Assembly (NCBI GenBank): GCA_963706595.1 | Contig: OY970166.1 | Location: 3,104,001 to 3,168,000, forward strand | DNA length: 64,000 nucleotides | Reading direction: 5' to 3' | Source of the DNA: an uncultured cyanobacterium | GTDB taxonomy: Bacteria > Cyanobacteriota > Cyanobacteriia > Cyanobacteriales > Nostocaceae | Shown: positions 19,998 to 29,700 of the stretch, piece after piece | Layout: each line of letters starts with the position of its first letter | How positions within the stretch are numbered: the first letter of the stretch is position 1 | Notes under the pieces: model-generated | The model's input: the letters and a program-made list of their open reading frames with translations, nothing else | The model's database searches: none | What the model was told of the DNA's origin: nothing | Position numbers and translations under genes: made by a program

Positions 19998-21122
19998 CTA
20001 CCACATACCTTTCTGTATATCTGGTAATTTACCCTTATTTTTACCTTCACCAATAGGTCTATAAATAAACCCACTCTGACGAGAAACAGATTGATATTCA
20101 ATTATACCTGCAAATTCTAGCCAATCAATTAATCTAATAGAATTACTTCTGATAGTATTTCTAGTTCTAGGTTTATTAAAATGACATACTTCAACTAACA
20201 TTCCCTCAAATCTGCTTCTTTCCATACATTCACCTTTATTTTTTTTATTAAAAAACGTTTTAACAACAATGTGATCTATCAATATATTTGATAAGTAATC
20301 GGCTATTGTCAATGGTTCAGAACTTTGCAAAGATTCTGAAACTTTTATTAGTTGATCTCCGCAATTAATCAAAGAAAATCTTTTTAGATCACCTAATGGA
20401 TGTTCTATAGATTTTTTACGAGAAGAGTCAGAATTTACATTTACTTCAGAAGGAGGTAATTGGAAGGAATCATATTTTCTTTTTAATTCTTCTAAAGTAA
20501 TTTGCTGATTATTTTCTTGACTAATGAATGTAAAGATTTTCCATGCTAGTTTAACGGATGATGTTGGTAGATAATTTAAGACAACAGTATTAGGTTTTTC
20601 TGTCGAATATGATTGTGATTGGTTATTAGAATTTTTGGTCTGATGATTCGTATCACTAGATGCTTCTACAACCTTCTCCCATTGTATAAAATCAATATTT
20701 TTAAGTTCTAGTTTTCTGTGTAATAGATCAGGACATGAAGGAGCAATCATGAAGGCTAAATCAAGTGGTTTTCCACCATAATTAGATGATTTAAAGTTAG
20801 TATCTTCTAACCATTTGGTAAACTCCTTGAGATGACTACTCAAAAGTTCATAGTTTTTAGCCTCACCAAAAGCTCTAGCTACACACTCACCATTATGTAG
20901 TAATTCCACATAGCAGTCAAAAGCATGACCACCTATGAGAGTAGTGGTTGAAGCATCCTTGAGGGTATATGCAGACTTCCTTAGATAATTTTTCCATTTT
21001 TCCTCACATTGCGCTTTTACTAACTCACGTGCATTACCCTCAAAAACTTGATCAGGTGCTTCCTTAAAATATTTTTCATGTATTTCGAGTACCTGATGAT
21101 GCGTACTCCTTGCAAAAGGCAC
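19998..21122 (-). CDS. PD-(D/E)xK nuclease-like domain plus putative winged-helix region; probably the C-terminal half of the upstream ATPase
   Basis: FDCYV...FGEAKNY (D...ExK), LDLAFMIAP; overlaps the upstream ORF with an apparent frameshift at ~21093. Confidence 0.6.
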   Translation of the reverse strand: MPFARSTHHQVLEIHEKYFKEAPDQVFEGNARELVKAQCEEKWKNYLRKSAYTLKDASTTTLIGGHAFDCYVELLHNGECVARAFGEAKNYELLSSHLKEFTKWLEDTNFKSSNYGGKPLDLAFMIAPSCPDLLHRKLELKNIDFIQWEKVVEASSDTNHQTKNSNNQSQSYSTEKPNTVVLNYLPTSSVKLAWKIFTFISQENNQQITLEELKRKYDSFQLPPSEVNVNSDSSRKKSIEHPLGDLKRFSLINCGDQLIKVSESLQSSEPLTIADYLSNILIDHIVVKTFFNKKNKGECMERSRFEGMLVEVCHFNKPRTRNTIRSNSIRLIDWLEFAGIIEYQSVSRQSGFIYRPIGEGKNKGKLPDIQKGMW

Positions 21123-22122
21123 GTAGATTACCTGGATTTATTGTAATATTTTGGATTTCTTCCCACGCTTTAGCAAAATCTTTATATCCTTTGTAAGCGC
21201 CTTCTATCCGCTTGTCAATTTTTTCCCTAATCATTTGATACTCGCTAGTATAGTTGGAGAGAGAAATAACGGATGCTTTTACATGGCTTTCAAGGACAGA
21301 ATCCTCAGCAATAAAACTGTTTACATTGATTGAAGTTCCTCCTAAATAAATCAGTAAACGTATTTTAGTTTTTTCTTGCCCTTTTTTAAGCAATGCCCTA
21401 AATAGGGACCTAGTATTTTGAATATGATCAGGATATTTTTCTAAGGCATCTAATTCATCGATAAGGTATACAAAAGTAAAAAGCGGTGCTAATTTTGAAA
21501 CTTCCGAAATAATATTAAAGAAAATATCTTCAAAACACAATTTACGGTCATGGAAATTTTCCAAAAAATTATTAATAAAATTCTGTTCAGACTCGGTTAA
21601 TATAAGACTATTCTTTATATCCTCCTTACATAGTTCACCTAGAAGTTTTAGTCCTACCTCTTTTACTTCCGAGGATAAGTTTGTATTGTGTACTAATTTC
21701 CAAAAAGTTTGAGCTAGTATATAGCAGTATAATTTAACACTGAAATTCTGATTTCCACCAGATGTTAATAATTTAGATAGTTCAAAGTTCACTACTATAG
21801 AACTTTCTCCGTAAGTTGGTTTAATTTTAATTAATTCACATAAATATTTTAGTAAAGAAGTTTTACCAGTACCAAGTAAAGCTTCTACAAATCTAAAAGT
21901 AAAATAGCCTTCTTCAAAACAATGTTTTAGATCATCATCAATCAACTCACTGAGGTTAGATATCCCTCTTCCAGATAAACTGTTTGCTGTAGAAACTTTA
22001 CAATCTGTACTAGGAGGTCTAATAACACGCTCAATCCAAATATCTCCAATATAACCTTCTCCACCTTTTACTTGCTGAAGAAAGTCTTTAATATATTTTT
22101 TCTTTCCTGCATCTTCTGTCAT
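21076..22122 (-). CDS. P-loop ATPase (AAA+/STAND-like), N-terminal half of a frameshifted gene
   Basis: Walker A variant ALLGTGKT, Walker B FVYLIDELD. Confidence 0.75.
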   Translation of the reverse strand: MTEDAGKKKYIKDFLQQVKGGEGYIGDIWIERVIRPPSTDCKVSTANSLSGRGISNLSELIDDDLKHCFEEGYFTFRFVEALLGTGKTSLLKYLCELIKIKPTYGESSIVVNFELSKLLTSGGNQNFSVKLYCYILAQTFWKLVHNTNLSSEVKEVGLKLLGELCKEDIKNSLILTESEQNFINNFLENFHDRKLCFEDIFFNIISEVSKLAPLFTFVYLIDELDALEKYPDHIQNTRSLFRALLKKGQEKTKIRLLIYLGGTSINVNSFIAEDSVLESHVKASVISLSNYTSEYQMIREKIDKRIEGAYKGYKDFAKAWEEIQNITINPGNLRAFCKEYASSGTRNT

Positions 22123-22289
22123 TTTCTACTCTACCCACTGAATTAACTCTTCATTTTTTTCAATAACAGCAAATACAACTCTATCGGATTTGAGTTTATT
22201 GAAATACTTGTCTAATAATGATTGATAAATTGGATTATCTTCTCTAAATTTTTGACATTCATTTCTGAATTCAGCAACGCCATTAATCT

Positions 22290-23087
22290 CTATACTGTTG
22301 ACTTTTCACTTTGTAGTAAAATCACCTTCCTTACCACCAAACCCAACTCAAAAAAAAACTTATCTTCATAACCAATTATTTCTCCCATCGCCACAACAGG
22401 AAGATGGGCTACGGGTGCTTTTATATCAAAGGTAATATCTCTGTAGGACAACCACCTTCCTCCTTTTCTCCATCCTACTTTTTCCTCAAAGGCTTCCCAA
22501 ATTATCTGCTTGTCCTCTTTCGTTCCCCCCAAACTTTGATAAATCCGCGTCTGTACAGAAAACCCAAACCGGCCATGACTATATTTGATCCATAACTGGT
22601 CAATTGTGCGGAGGTCTTCAGGCGGAAAGTTCTCAATATTTCCTTCAGCGAAATGACCTTGTAGTTCCTGTTTCGCCACCCCTATCATTACCCGCCATGT
22701 TTCTTCATCCGCTTCTTTCCATTTCCCCGCAGCAAGTAAGTCACGCAGGTGATTATAGTCCATCCCTACGGCTGAACTTAATGGTGCTGCATCGAATATT
22801 CTTAACGCCTCTTTAACCTTCGCTTCTGTGCGAGACTTCAACAACGCATAAGCGGCATTTTGGACTTCTAGTGATTGATCATTTAAAGCTTGAATGACTA
22901 AATCTAAACCCGTTTCCCCATAATTCAAAACTTGTGGAAGTACGGCAATTCTTACCTTTGGGTTGGGGTTACTCAACCGTAATTTTACCCCTTGAATACC
23001 ACCCAAAACTGCTGCACTCTCTGGGGCTTGATTTTGACGACCAAGCACAGCATCGTATTCTCCCGGTTGTTGCGGATTATTTGCCAT
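22290..23087 (-). CDS. GUN4-domain protein with an N-terminal HEAT-like segment
   Basis: LRDLLAAGKWKEADEET, FPPEDLRTIDQLWIKYSHGRFGFSVQ. Confidence 0.9.
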   Translation of the reverse strand: MANNPQQPGEYDAVLGRQNQAPESAAVLGGIQGVKLRLSNPNPKVRIAVLPQVLNYGETGLDLVIQALNDQSLEVQNAAYALLKSRTEAKVKEALRIFDAAPLSSAVGMDYNHLRDLLAAGKWKEADEETWRVMIGVAKQELQGHFAEGNIENFPPEDLRTIDQLWIKYSHGRFGFSVQTRIYQSLGGTKEDKQIIWEAFEEKVGWRKGGRWLSYRDITFDIKAPVAHLPVVAMGEIIGYEDKFFFELGLVVRKVILLQSEKSTV

Positions 23088-23258
23088 TGGTCAACACTTG
23101 GGTTTTATGTATCGCTTGAAAGATTATACATGGTTTCTCTGGGTAAATGAGGCTTTTGAGGTGGCAGGCGATCGCAACATCAACACCCCACCCCTAGCCC
23201 CTCCCCGCAAGCGAGGAGGGGAACTGGATTTCCACTTTTCGACTTTCGCCTTGCGGTA

Positions 23259-24230
23259 CTAGCCTTTACCATAAGCACTCATCGGTTCCTTGAGAAACTT
23301 AATATAAAGGTGTTTAAACGTAGACTTAATCACACGCGGCATGGCAAAATCAATTGGGATTAATTTATCTGGTAGTTGCCAATCTTCTATTTTGAGTAAA
23401 TCAGGATGTAAATGGGGAAATTCTATCTCAGCTAATTCTGGACAAACACCCAACCTTTGAGACGCTGCAACTGTGGGAACTTGTTCGGGTGGGACATTGA
23501 GAATTTCTACTACTGCCCTATCTAAAGCAAATACATCGGCTGCGGCTGCTAAAATTCCTAAATTACGAGGTTCTCCACCACTCGGTCCATTACCTTCATG
23601 ACCGATAATGCCATCTAAAATAGTTAAATTGGGATTAATTGCTCTGGCAGTTTCTACTAACATTTCACCAAATCGGTTAGCATCTTTCCCTGCTTCCATG
23701 TGCCACCAAGCTTTCATTTTACCAGGAACACAACCAAAGAGATTTTTTACTCCCATCGTTAATGTCAACTGCATATGTGATTTGACTTTGGGTAAGTTAA
23801 TCACTACATCTGCTTCCATCGCTTCTTTGCATAGTCGCAGGTGATTAAAGTCTTCGTTGACTGTTTGGTAACGCTTACCGTGAAACTCAATGATAGGTAT
23901 ATGCAATTCTTCTAAAAGCGGGAGATAGCCGTTGGCTTCTGCTACTCCTTTGGCGCTACCAAAGGCGGGACTATCGCCTAAAAATGGCTTACCACCAGCT
24001 GCTATGACCATCTGGGCGACTTCATAAACCAGTTCTCGGCGAGTTGTACACTCTTTTGTAGGGCGGGAACCTGTGAGGAGATTGGGTTTGAGTAATACTC
24101 TATTTCCTGGTTTGACAAAGGCAGACATCCCCCCCAAAGGTTCTAGCAGGGTGACTAATGATGCCCGTAAAGCCTCGCTTTCGTAGGAGGTAGCCCGAAT
24201 TAGACTGACTGATGGTTTTTGTGTCTGCAT
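23259..24230 (-). CDS. DUF362 domain protein
   Basis: VLLKPNLL, INLPKVKSH, GVKNLFG, DGIIGHEGNGP. Confidence 0.9.
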   Translation of the reverse strand: MQTQKPSVSLIRATSYESEALRASLVTLLEPLGGMSAFVKPGNRVLLKPNLLTGSRPTKECTTRRELVYEVAQMVIAAGGKPFLGDSPAFGSAKGVAEANGYLPLLEELHIPIIEFHGKRYQTVNEDFNHLRLCKEAMEADVVINLPKVKSHMQLTLTMGVKNLFGCVPGKMKAWWHMEAGKDANRFGEMLVETARAINPNLTILDGIIGHEGNGPSGGEPRNLGILAAAADVFALDRAVVEILNVPPEQVPTVAASQRLGVCPELAEIEFPHLHPDLLKIEDWQLPDKLIPIDFAMPRVIKSTFKHLYIKFLKEPMSAYGKG

Positions 24231-24335
24231 GGATAATATATGACATTAATATATGTTTAATTATATGAATAAATTTATCATCTGACATGAAACCTCACCC
24301 CCAACCCCTCTCCTTATAAAGGAGAGGGGAGAATG

Positions 24336-25745
24336 TCAATTTAGAGGAACAATGGCGCTCATTTGTTCTAAGTTGAGGACGGTTGCTAATTCTGCTTCAC
24401 TCATTAATCCTCGTTCTAATACTATTTGTCTGAGAGATTTACCAGTTTCTAAGGATTCTTTGGCTACAGCAGCAGCGTTTAAATATCCGATGTGGGTGTT
24501 CAGTGCGGTGACTAATGCTAAACTACCTTCGGCGTAAGCTAAACAACGTTCTTTATCGGCGGTAATTCCTTCAATACAGCGTTCGGTGAGGGCGGCGATG
24601 GTGTTACCGAGTATTTCAATGCTGTGAATCAAATTATAGCCAATTAGCGGCATCATCACGTTTAATTCTAATTGTCCGGCTTGGGCTGCTAAGGCGATCG
24701 CACTATCATATCCCATTACCTGAAAGCATACCATTGATGTCATCTCTGCCATAACTGGGTTATATTTACCCGGCATAATTGAGGAACCAGGTTGCACTGG
24801 GGGTAGTTGAATTTCTTTCAAACCAGTTTTGGGGCCTGAGTCCATTAACCGCAAATCATGGGAAATTTTGACTAAATCCTGTGCTAAGTTGCGTAAAGCC
24901 CCGGAAACGTTGACAAAAGGAGCCATACTTTGCATTGCGGCCATTAAATGGGGTGCGGGTTCTAAGGGCGATTCTAGAAATTGGGCAATAACTTCCACCA
25001 CACGGGCGCGATACTGGGGATGTGTATTCATTCCTGTACCAGCAGCGCTACCACCTAAACCCAAGGCCATTAAATCCCCAGAGGCTGTATAGATGCGGTT
25101 TTGGTGTTCTGATAATATCTGCGCCCAAGCCCGGAAGTTCTCACCTAAACGCACAGGTACAGCATCTTGTAAGTGGGTTCTGCCAGATTTGACGATATCT
25201 TGAAATTCTACAGCTTTGTTTTCTAAAGATGCGATCGCCTTTTCTAAAGCTGGCTGTAATGTGTGGGTAAGTGCTAATAAGCCACCAACGCGAATAGCTG
25301 TGGGAATCACATCATTGGTAGACTGTCCGTAGTTTACATGGTCATTAGGGCTAACCCGTTTGTAATTACCCTTTTCATCGCCAAGAATTTCTAAGGCGCG
25401 ATTTGCCAAAACCTCATTAACATTCATGTGGTGAGAAGTTCCCGCACCCGCTTGATAGACATCAACCACAAACTGATCTCGTAAATTTCCCGCCAGTATT
25501 TCATTAGCAGCTTGGATAATTGCTTCACTGATATCCTGGGGAATACAACCTAATTCGCCGTTAACAGTGGCGGTAGCTTTTTTAATAATCAGACAGGCAT
25601 CTACGTAAGTAGGTAAGGGCTTAATGCCGCTAATTTGGAAGTTTTCTACTGCCCGTAGTGTTTGAATGCCGTAATAAGCGCTACCGGGAATTTGGCGATC
25701 GCCCATCGAATCGCGTTCAATCCGAAAATCTGTATTTTCAGTCAT
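24336..25745 (-). CDS. Class II fumarate hydratase / aspartate ammonia-lyase family
   Basis: RIERDSMG, GQSTND, KSGRTHLQDA, signature GSSIMPGKYNP. Confidence 0.93.
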   Translation of the reverse strand: MTENTDFRIERDSMGDRQIPGSAYYGIQTLRAVENFQISGIKPLPTYVDACLIIKKATATVNGELGCIPQDISEAIIQAANEILAGNLRDQFVVDVYQAGAGTSHHMNVNEVLANRALEILGDEKGNYKRVSPNDHVNYGQSTNDVIPTAIRVGGLLALTHTLQPALEKAIASLENKAVEFQDIVKSGRTHLQDAVPVRLGENFRAWAQILSEHQNRIYTASGDLMALGLGGSAAGTGMNTHPQYRARVVEVIAQFLESPLEPAPHLMAAMQSMAPFVNVSGALRNLAQDLVKISHDLRLMDSGPKTGLKEIQLPPVQPGSSIMPGKYNPVMAEMTSMVCFQVMGYDSAIALAAQAGQLELNVMMPLIGYNLIHSIEILGNTIAALTERCIEGITADKERCLAYAEGSLALVTALNTHIGYLNAAAVAKESLETGKSLRQIVLERGLMSEAELATVLNLEQMSAIVPLN

Positions 25746-25902
25746 AGTCTTGTGTGGATAATCTCAAAATACAGATCATGCCATGCAAATACACTAAAAA
25801 CTCAATTTAGTGATATTTTGTTTCTCATCATAGACACGCAGCAGATAATCAAACAAGTTTATTTAAGCTAAACTTGGTGTTAAATAGCATCAGGAAAATA
25901 TT

Positions 25903-26466
25903 ATGATAAAAACACCAACTCGCCAGATAAGTTTAGAGGAATTTTTAGAATTACCAGAAACCGAACCAGCCAGTGAATATATCAACGGCGAAATCATTCA
26001 AAAACCCATGCCTCAAGGTAAACATAGTAGATTACAGCTTCACTCAGCTAATGTAATTAATCATGTGGTAGAACCGCAAAAAATCGCTTTAGCTTTTCCA
26101 GAATTGCGCTGTACATTTGGCGAACGTTCTATTGTTCCAGATGTAGCGGTATTTGCATGGGAGAGAATTCCTGTAGATGAAACAGGTAATATTGCCAATG
26201 TGTTTAATACCTATCCAGATTGGACAATTGAAATTCTATCTCCGCAACAAAGTACAATCAAAGTTACTAGAAATATTTTACATTGTTTAAATCATGGTAC
26301 TAGGTTAGGTTGGTTAATTGACCCAGAAGAATATAATGTTTTAGTTTATCCCCATAACCAGCAACCAATATTTTTAGAAAACGAACAAGATATATTACCA
26401 GTCCCCGAATTAGTCGGTGATTTACAGTTGACATTAGGGCAATTATTTGATTGTTTAAAATTATGA
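25903..26466 (+). CDS. Uma2 family (DUF820) PD-(D/E)xK endonuclease
   Basis: EYINGEIIQKPMP, VPDVAV, PDWTIEILSP, GWLIDP. Confidence 0.92.
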   Translation: MIKTPTRQISLEEFLELPETEPASEYINGEIIQKPMPQGKHSRLQLHSANVINHVVEPQKIALAFPELRCTFGERSIVPDVAVFAWERIPVDETGNIANVFNTYPDWTIEILSPQQSTIKVTRNILHCLNHGTRLGWLIDPEEYNVLVYPHNQQPIFLENEQDILPVPELVGDLQLTLGQLFDCLKL

Positions 26467-26981
26467 ATTTACCCAACGCGATTACTTTTTCTCGACTGCT
26501 GGGAATACCGTTTTTACTTTATGGTTTATATAATCCCACACCCGAAGCTAGATGGATATGTTTAACAATATTTTTAGTCGCAGCTTTAACTGACTGGTTG
26601 GATGGCTATTTGGCGCGAAAACTCAACCAAATTACTGATTTGGGTAAATTTCTCGACCCTCTTGTGGATAAGTTGTTGGTGCTTGCACCGTTGTTGGTGT
26701 TGGTGGAATTAGGGAAAATTCCGGCTTGGGGCGTGTTTGTGATTTTAGCACGGGAGTTAGCGATCGCAGGCTGGCGCGTAAATCAAACTACTATCACAGG
26801 GGCGAATATTTGGGGTAAACTGAAAACAGTTAGTCAGATTATAGCCATATCGCTGTTAATTGCACCTTTATCTCTAGCTTGGCAAATCCCTACATTAACT
26901 GCTTTTTGGTTATCTGTGGCTTTTACGGTTATATCTGGTGTAATTTATCTCATACCACCCAAAAAGCAAGAAAATGTGTAA
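26463..26981 (+). CDS. pgsA: CDP-diacylglycerol--glycerol-3-phosphate 3-phosphatidyltransferase
   Basis: MNLPNAIT, TDWLDGYLAR...GKFLDPLVDK, GKLKT. Confidence 0.95.
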   Translation: MNLPNAITFSRLLGIPFLLYGLYNPTPEARWICLTIFLVAALTDWLDGYLARKLNQITDLGKFLDPLVDKLLVLAPLLVLVELGKIPAWGVFVILARELAIAGWRVNQTTITGANIWGKLKTVSQIIAISLLIAPLSLAWQIPTLTAFWLSVAFTVISGVIYLIPPKKQENV

Positions 26982-26982
26982 T

Positions 26983-27489
26983 ATGAAACAACCCATTACA
27001 CAGCAACTATACGAGCAAGATTTTTGCTTATGGTTGGAAAATACAGCGAAAAAGCTGCGTTCTAGAGAGTTTAGTGAAATTGAACTTGAGGCGCTGGTTG
27101 AGGAAATTGAAGCATTGGGACGTTCAGAAAAACAGGAACTAGAAAATCGCTTAGATGTTCTACTTGCTCACTTACTGAAGCGGATTTATATTGATAGTGC
27201 TTATGATAATCGGGGTTGGGAGTTAACAATACAAGAACAGCGTAAATGTTTACGGCGACTATTGAAAAAATCTCCGAGTTTGAAGGGTTACTTTGCTGAA
27301 GTTTTTAATGAAGTTTGGCAAGATGCTTTGTCACAGGTGCGGTTAGAATATCGGAAGGTCTTATTTCCTGATATGTGGGAGTTTAGTTGTGATGTGGATG
27401 TGCTTTTGTCTGCAACTTTTTGGGATGTGAGATACAAGAACCCCACCCCCAACCCCCTCCCCGCAAGCGAGGAGGGGACTATGACATAA
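26983..27489 (+). CDS. DUF29 family protein with a MITE-derived C-terminal tail
   Basis: LYEQDFCLWLE, EEIEALGRSEK, LLAHLLK, LKKSPSLK. Confidence 0.9.
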   Translation: MKQPITQQLYEQDFCLWLENTAKKLRSREFSEIELEALVEEIEALGRSEKQELENRLDVLLAHLLKRIYIDSAYDNRGWELTIQEQRKCLRRLLKKSPSLKGYFAEVFNEVWQDALSQVRLEYRKVLFPDMWEFSCDVDVLLSATFWDVRYKNPTPNPLPASEEGTMT

Positions 27490-27511
27490 CTTATATGATT
27501 AGGAAATGCTA
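27427..27511. mobile_element. Truncated copy of the ~105-bp TA-flanked MITE-like repeat
   Basis: Matches the 3' part of 47947-48052. Confidence 0.75.
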
Positions 27512-27513
27512 GA

Positions 27514-28584
27514 TTAAGTTTTTCTATTTTCGTAGTTTTGTTTTAACCAGGATTTATATTCTCCTGAGCGTACTTGATTAATCCAGGCTGAGTTATTTAG
27601 ATACCATTGCACAGTTTTCAATAAACCACTATCAAAGTTTTCTTGAGGTTGCCAGCCTAATTCATTACTAATTTTACTACAGTTAATTGCATATCTTCGA
27701 TCATGTCCCGGACGGTCTTTAACGAAGGTAATTAAGGAAGAATGGGAAAAATCAGGTTTAGGTGCTAATTCATCGAGAATTGCACAAATTTTTTCCACAA
27801 CTATCAAATTAGTTTTTTCGTTGATACCGCCAATATTATAAGTTTCGCCAACTTTTCCCTGTTGTAAAACTAGGTTAATCGCCTCGCAATGGTCGATAAC
27901 ATAAAGCCAATCTCTGATATTTTGACCATCACCATATATAGGTAATGGTTTATTTTCTATAGCATTGAGGATAGTTAAAGGAATCAGCTTTTCCGGAAAC
28001 TGACGCGGGCCATAATTGTTAGAGCAATTTGTTGTTAAAGTAGGGAATCCATAAGTGTGATAATATGCTCTTACAAAATGGTCAGATGCTGCTTTTGAGG
28101 CTGCATAAGGACTGTTGGGTGCATAGGGTGTATCTTCGCAAAAGGCTGGATCTTGGGGATGAAGGGAGCCATATACTTCATCTGTTGAAACGTGCAAAAA
28201 GCGGAATTCTGACTGTTTTGATGCTGATAGTTTTTGCCAATAAAATCGACTGGCTTCTAATAGCTTAAATGTACCGACTACATTAGTCTGGATAAAATCT
28301 TCAGGATTCAAAATAGAACGGTCAACATGACTTTCAGCCGCAAAATTGATAATTGCATCTGGCTGATATTTTTCTAATAAATAAGCGACTAACTCTAAGT
28401 TACCAATATCTCCTTGCACAAAATGATAATTTTTATCGCCTTGTAACTCAGATAACGTTCCTAAATTACTAGCATAAGTTAACTTATCCAAATTAATTAC
28501 ATTAGCCCATCCTGACTGTCTTGCTAGGAGGACAAAATTAGCCCCAATAAAACCCGCCCCACCTGTAACTAATACTGTTTGCAT
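27514..28584 (-). CDS. rfbB: dTDP-glucose 4,6-dehydratase
   Basis: GGAGFIG, AAESHVDRS, HVSTDEVYG, YAASKA, DRPGHDRRYA. Confidence 0.96.
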   Translation of the reverse strand: MQTVLVTGGAGFIGANFVLLARQSGWANVINLDKLTYASNLGTLSELQGDKNYHFVQGDIGNLELVAYLLEKYQPDAIINFAAESHVDRSILNPEDFIQTNVVGTFKLLEASRFYWQKLSASKQSEFRFLHVSTDEVYGSLHPQDPAFCEDTPYAPNSPYAASKAASDHFVRAYYHTYGFPTLTTNCSNNYGPRQFPEKLIPLTILNAIENKPLPIYGDGQNIRDWLYVIDHCEAINLVLQQGKVGETYNIGGINEKTNLIVVEKICAILDELAPKPDFSHSSLITFVKDRPGHDRRYAINCSKISNELGWQPQENFDSGLLKTVQWYLNNSAWINQVRSGEYKSWLKQNYENRKT

Positions 28585-28734
28585 ATCTTCTCAAAAACTA
28601 AAAATTTTTTACTGAAAATAAATTCTAAATCAGCAACTAACTCTCCCTTTCCCCTCTTACCTCTGTGTCCTCTGCGTCCTCTGTGGTATGCGCTTCGCGC
28701 AAGCTATGCTAACGTTTATCTTCCAACAACCAAA

Positions 28735-29616
28735 CTAACCGTGAAAACCGGATGTAGGTAATCCAGCCACCTCAGTTTTGAAAGCAAACAAATCACCAGA
28801 ATAGAAACTTTTGTCAATTTCCGGTTGCTGGAGTCCCACAGAAGCCGTAGTAATATAAAGTGTTCGCAAATCTTCACCTCCAAAAGTGCAACTAGTCACT
28901 AGTGGTACAGGTAATTGGATTCTGAATACTTCGTCACCAGTGGGGCTAAAACGAATCACACACCAACCATTCCACATAGCTGACCAAATGTAGCCTTCGC
29001 TATCTATCGTCAACCCATCAGGATGGAAGGATTCATGAGTTAAATCAACTACAACCCGGCGATTACTAATATTACCTGTATCCGAGTCGAAATCGTAAGC
29101 GTAGATTTTTTGTTGCGGCGAATCAGTCAAATAAAAGGTTTTTTGATCAGGACTCCAACCCAAACCGTTAGAAATAGTTAGTCCTGTTTCCATGACGTGT
29201 AGTGAACCATCATGGTCATATCGGTATAGACTGGCTTGATTTGCTTCTGAGGACATGGAACCAATCCAAAAGCGTCCTTGAGGGTCGCATTTACCGTCAT
29301 TAAGGCGGTTCTTTTGTCTGTCAGGTTCAATTTCGATAATGGTGTTAACTAAGCCTGTCTGAGTGTCGAGAAATGCCAATTGATGGCGTAATGCAATGAT
29401 TAATTGATTATCCCCGGCTGGTGATATCGCACCAACCAAGTCTCCCACATCAAAATACTCATCTTTGCCCGTAGCCGGATAGAATCTATGCACTCGATGG
29501 TTAAAAATATCCACCCAGTACAGCAACTCCTGGGTAGAATCCCAGATGGGTCCTTCAGCTAACCGGGCGCGGACTTCTAAAACGTTATAGAGAGAATCTG
29601 GCAATAATTCAGTCAT
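28735..29616 (-). CDS. SMP-30/gluconolactonase/LRE family protein
   Basis: LAEGPIWD, RLNDGKCDPQGRFW, ISNGLGWSPD, PDGLTID. Confidence 0.93.
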   Translation of the reverse strand: MTELLPDSLYNVLEVRARLAEGPIWDSTQELLYWVDIFNHRVHRFYPATGKDEYFDVGDLVGAISPAGDNQLIIALRHQLAFLDTQTGLVNTIIEIEPDRQKNRLNDGKCDPQGRFWIGSMSSEANQASLYRYDHDGSLHVMETGLTISNGLGWSPDQKTFYLTDSPQQKIYAYDFDSDTGNISNRRVVVDLTHESFHPDGLTIDSEGYIWSAMWNGWCVIRFSPTGDEVFRIQLPVPLVTSCTFGGEDLRTLYITTASVGLQQPEIDKSFYSGDLFAFKTEVAGLPTSGFHG

Positions 29617-29700
29617 AGGTGATTCTGATTATGGCTACGTTTGTATAATGCTAATAAAAATCGGCTTTCCATGCCAGTAGAACACGGAAAGCCAGGCATT

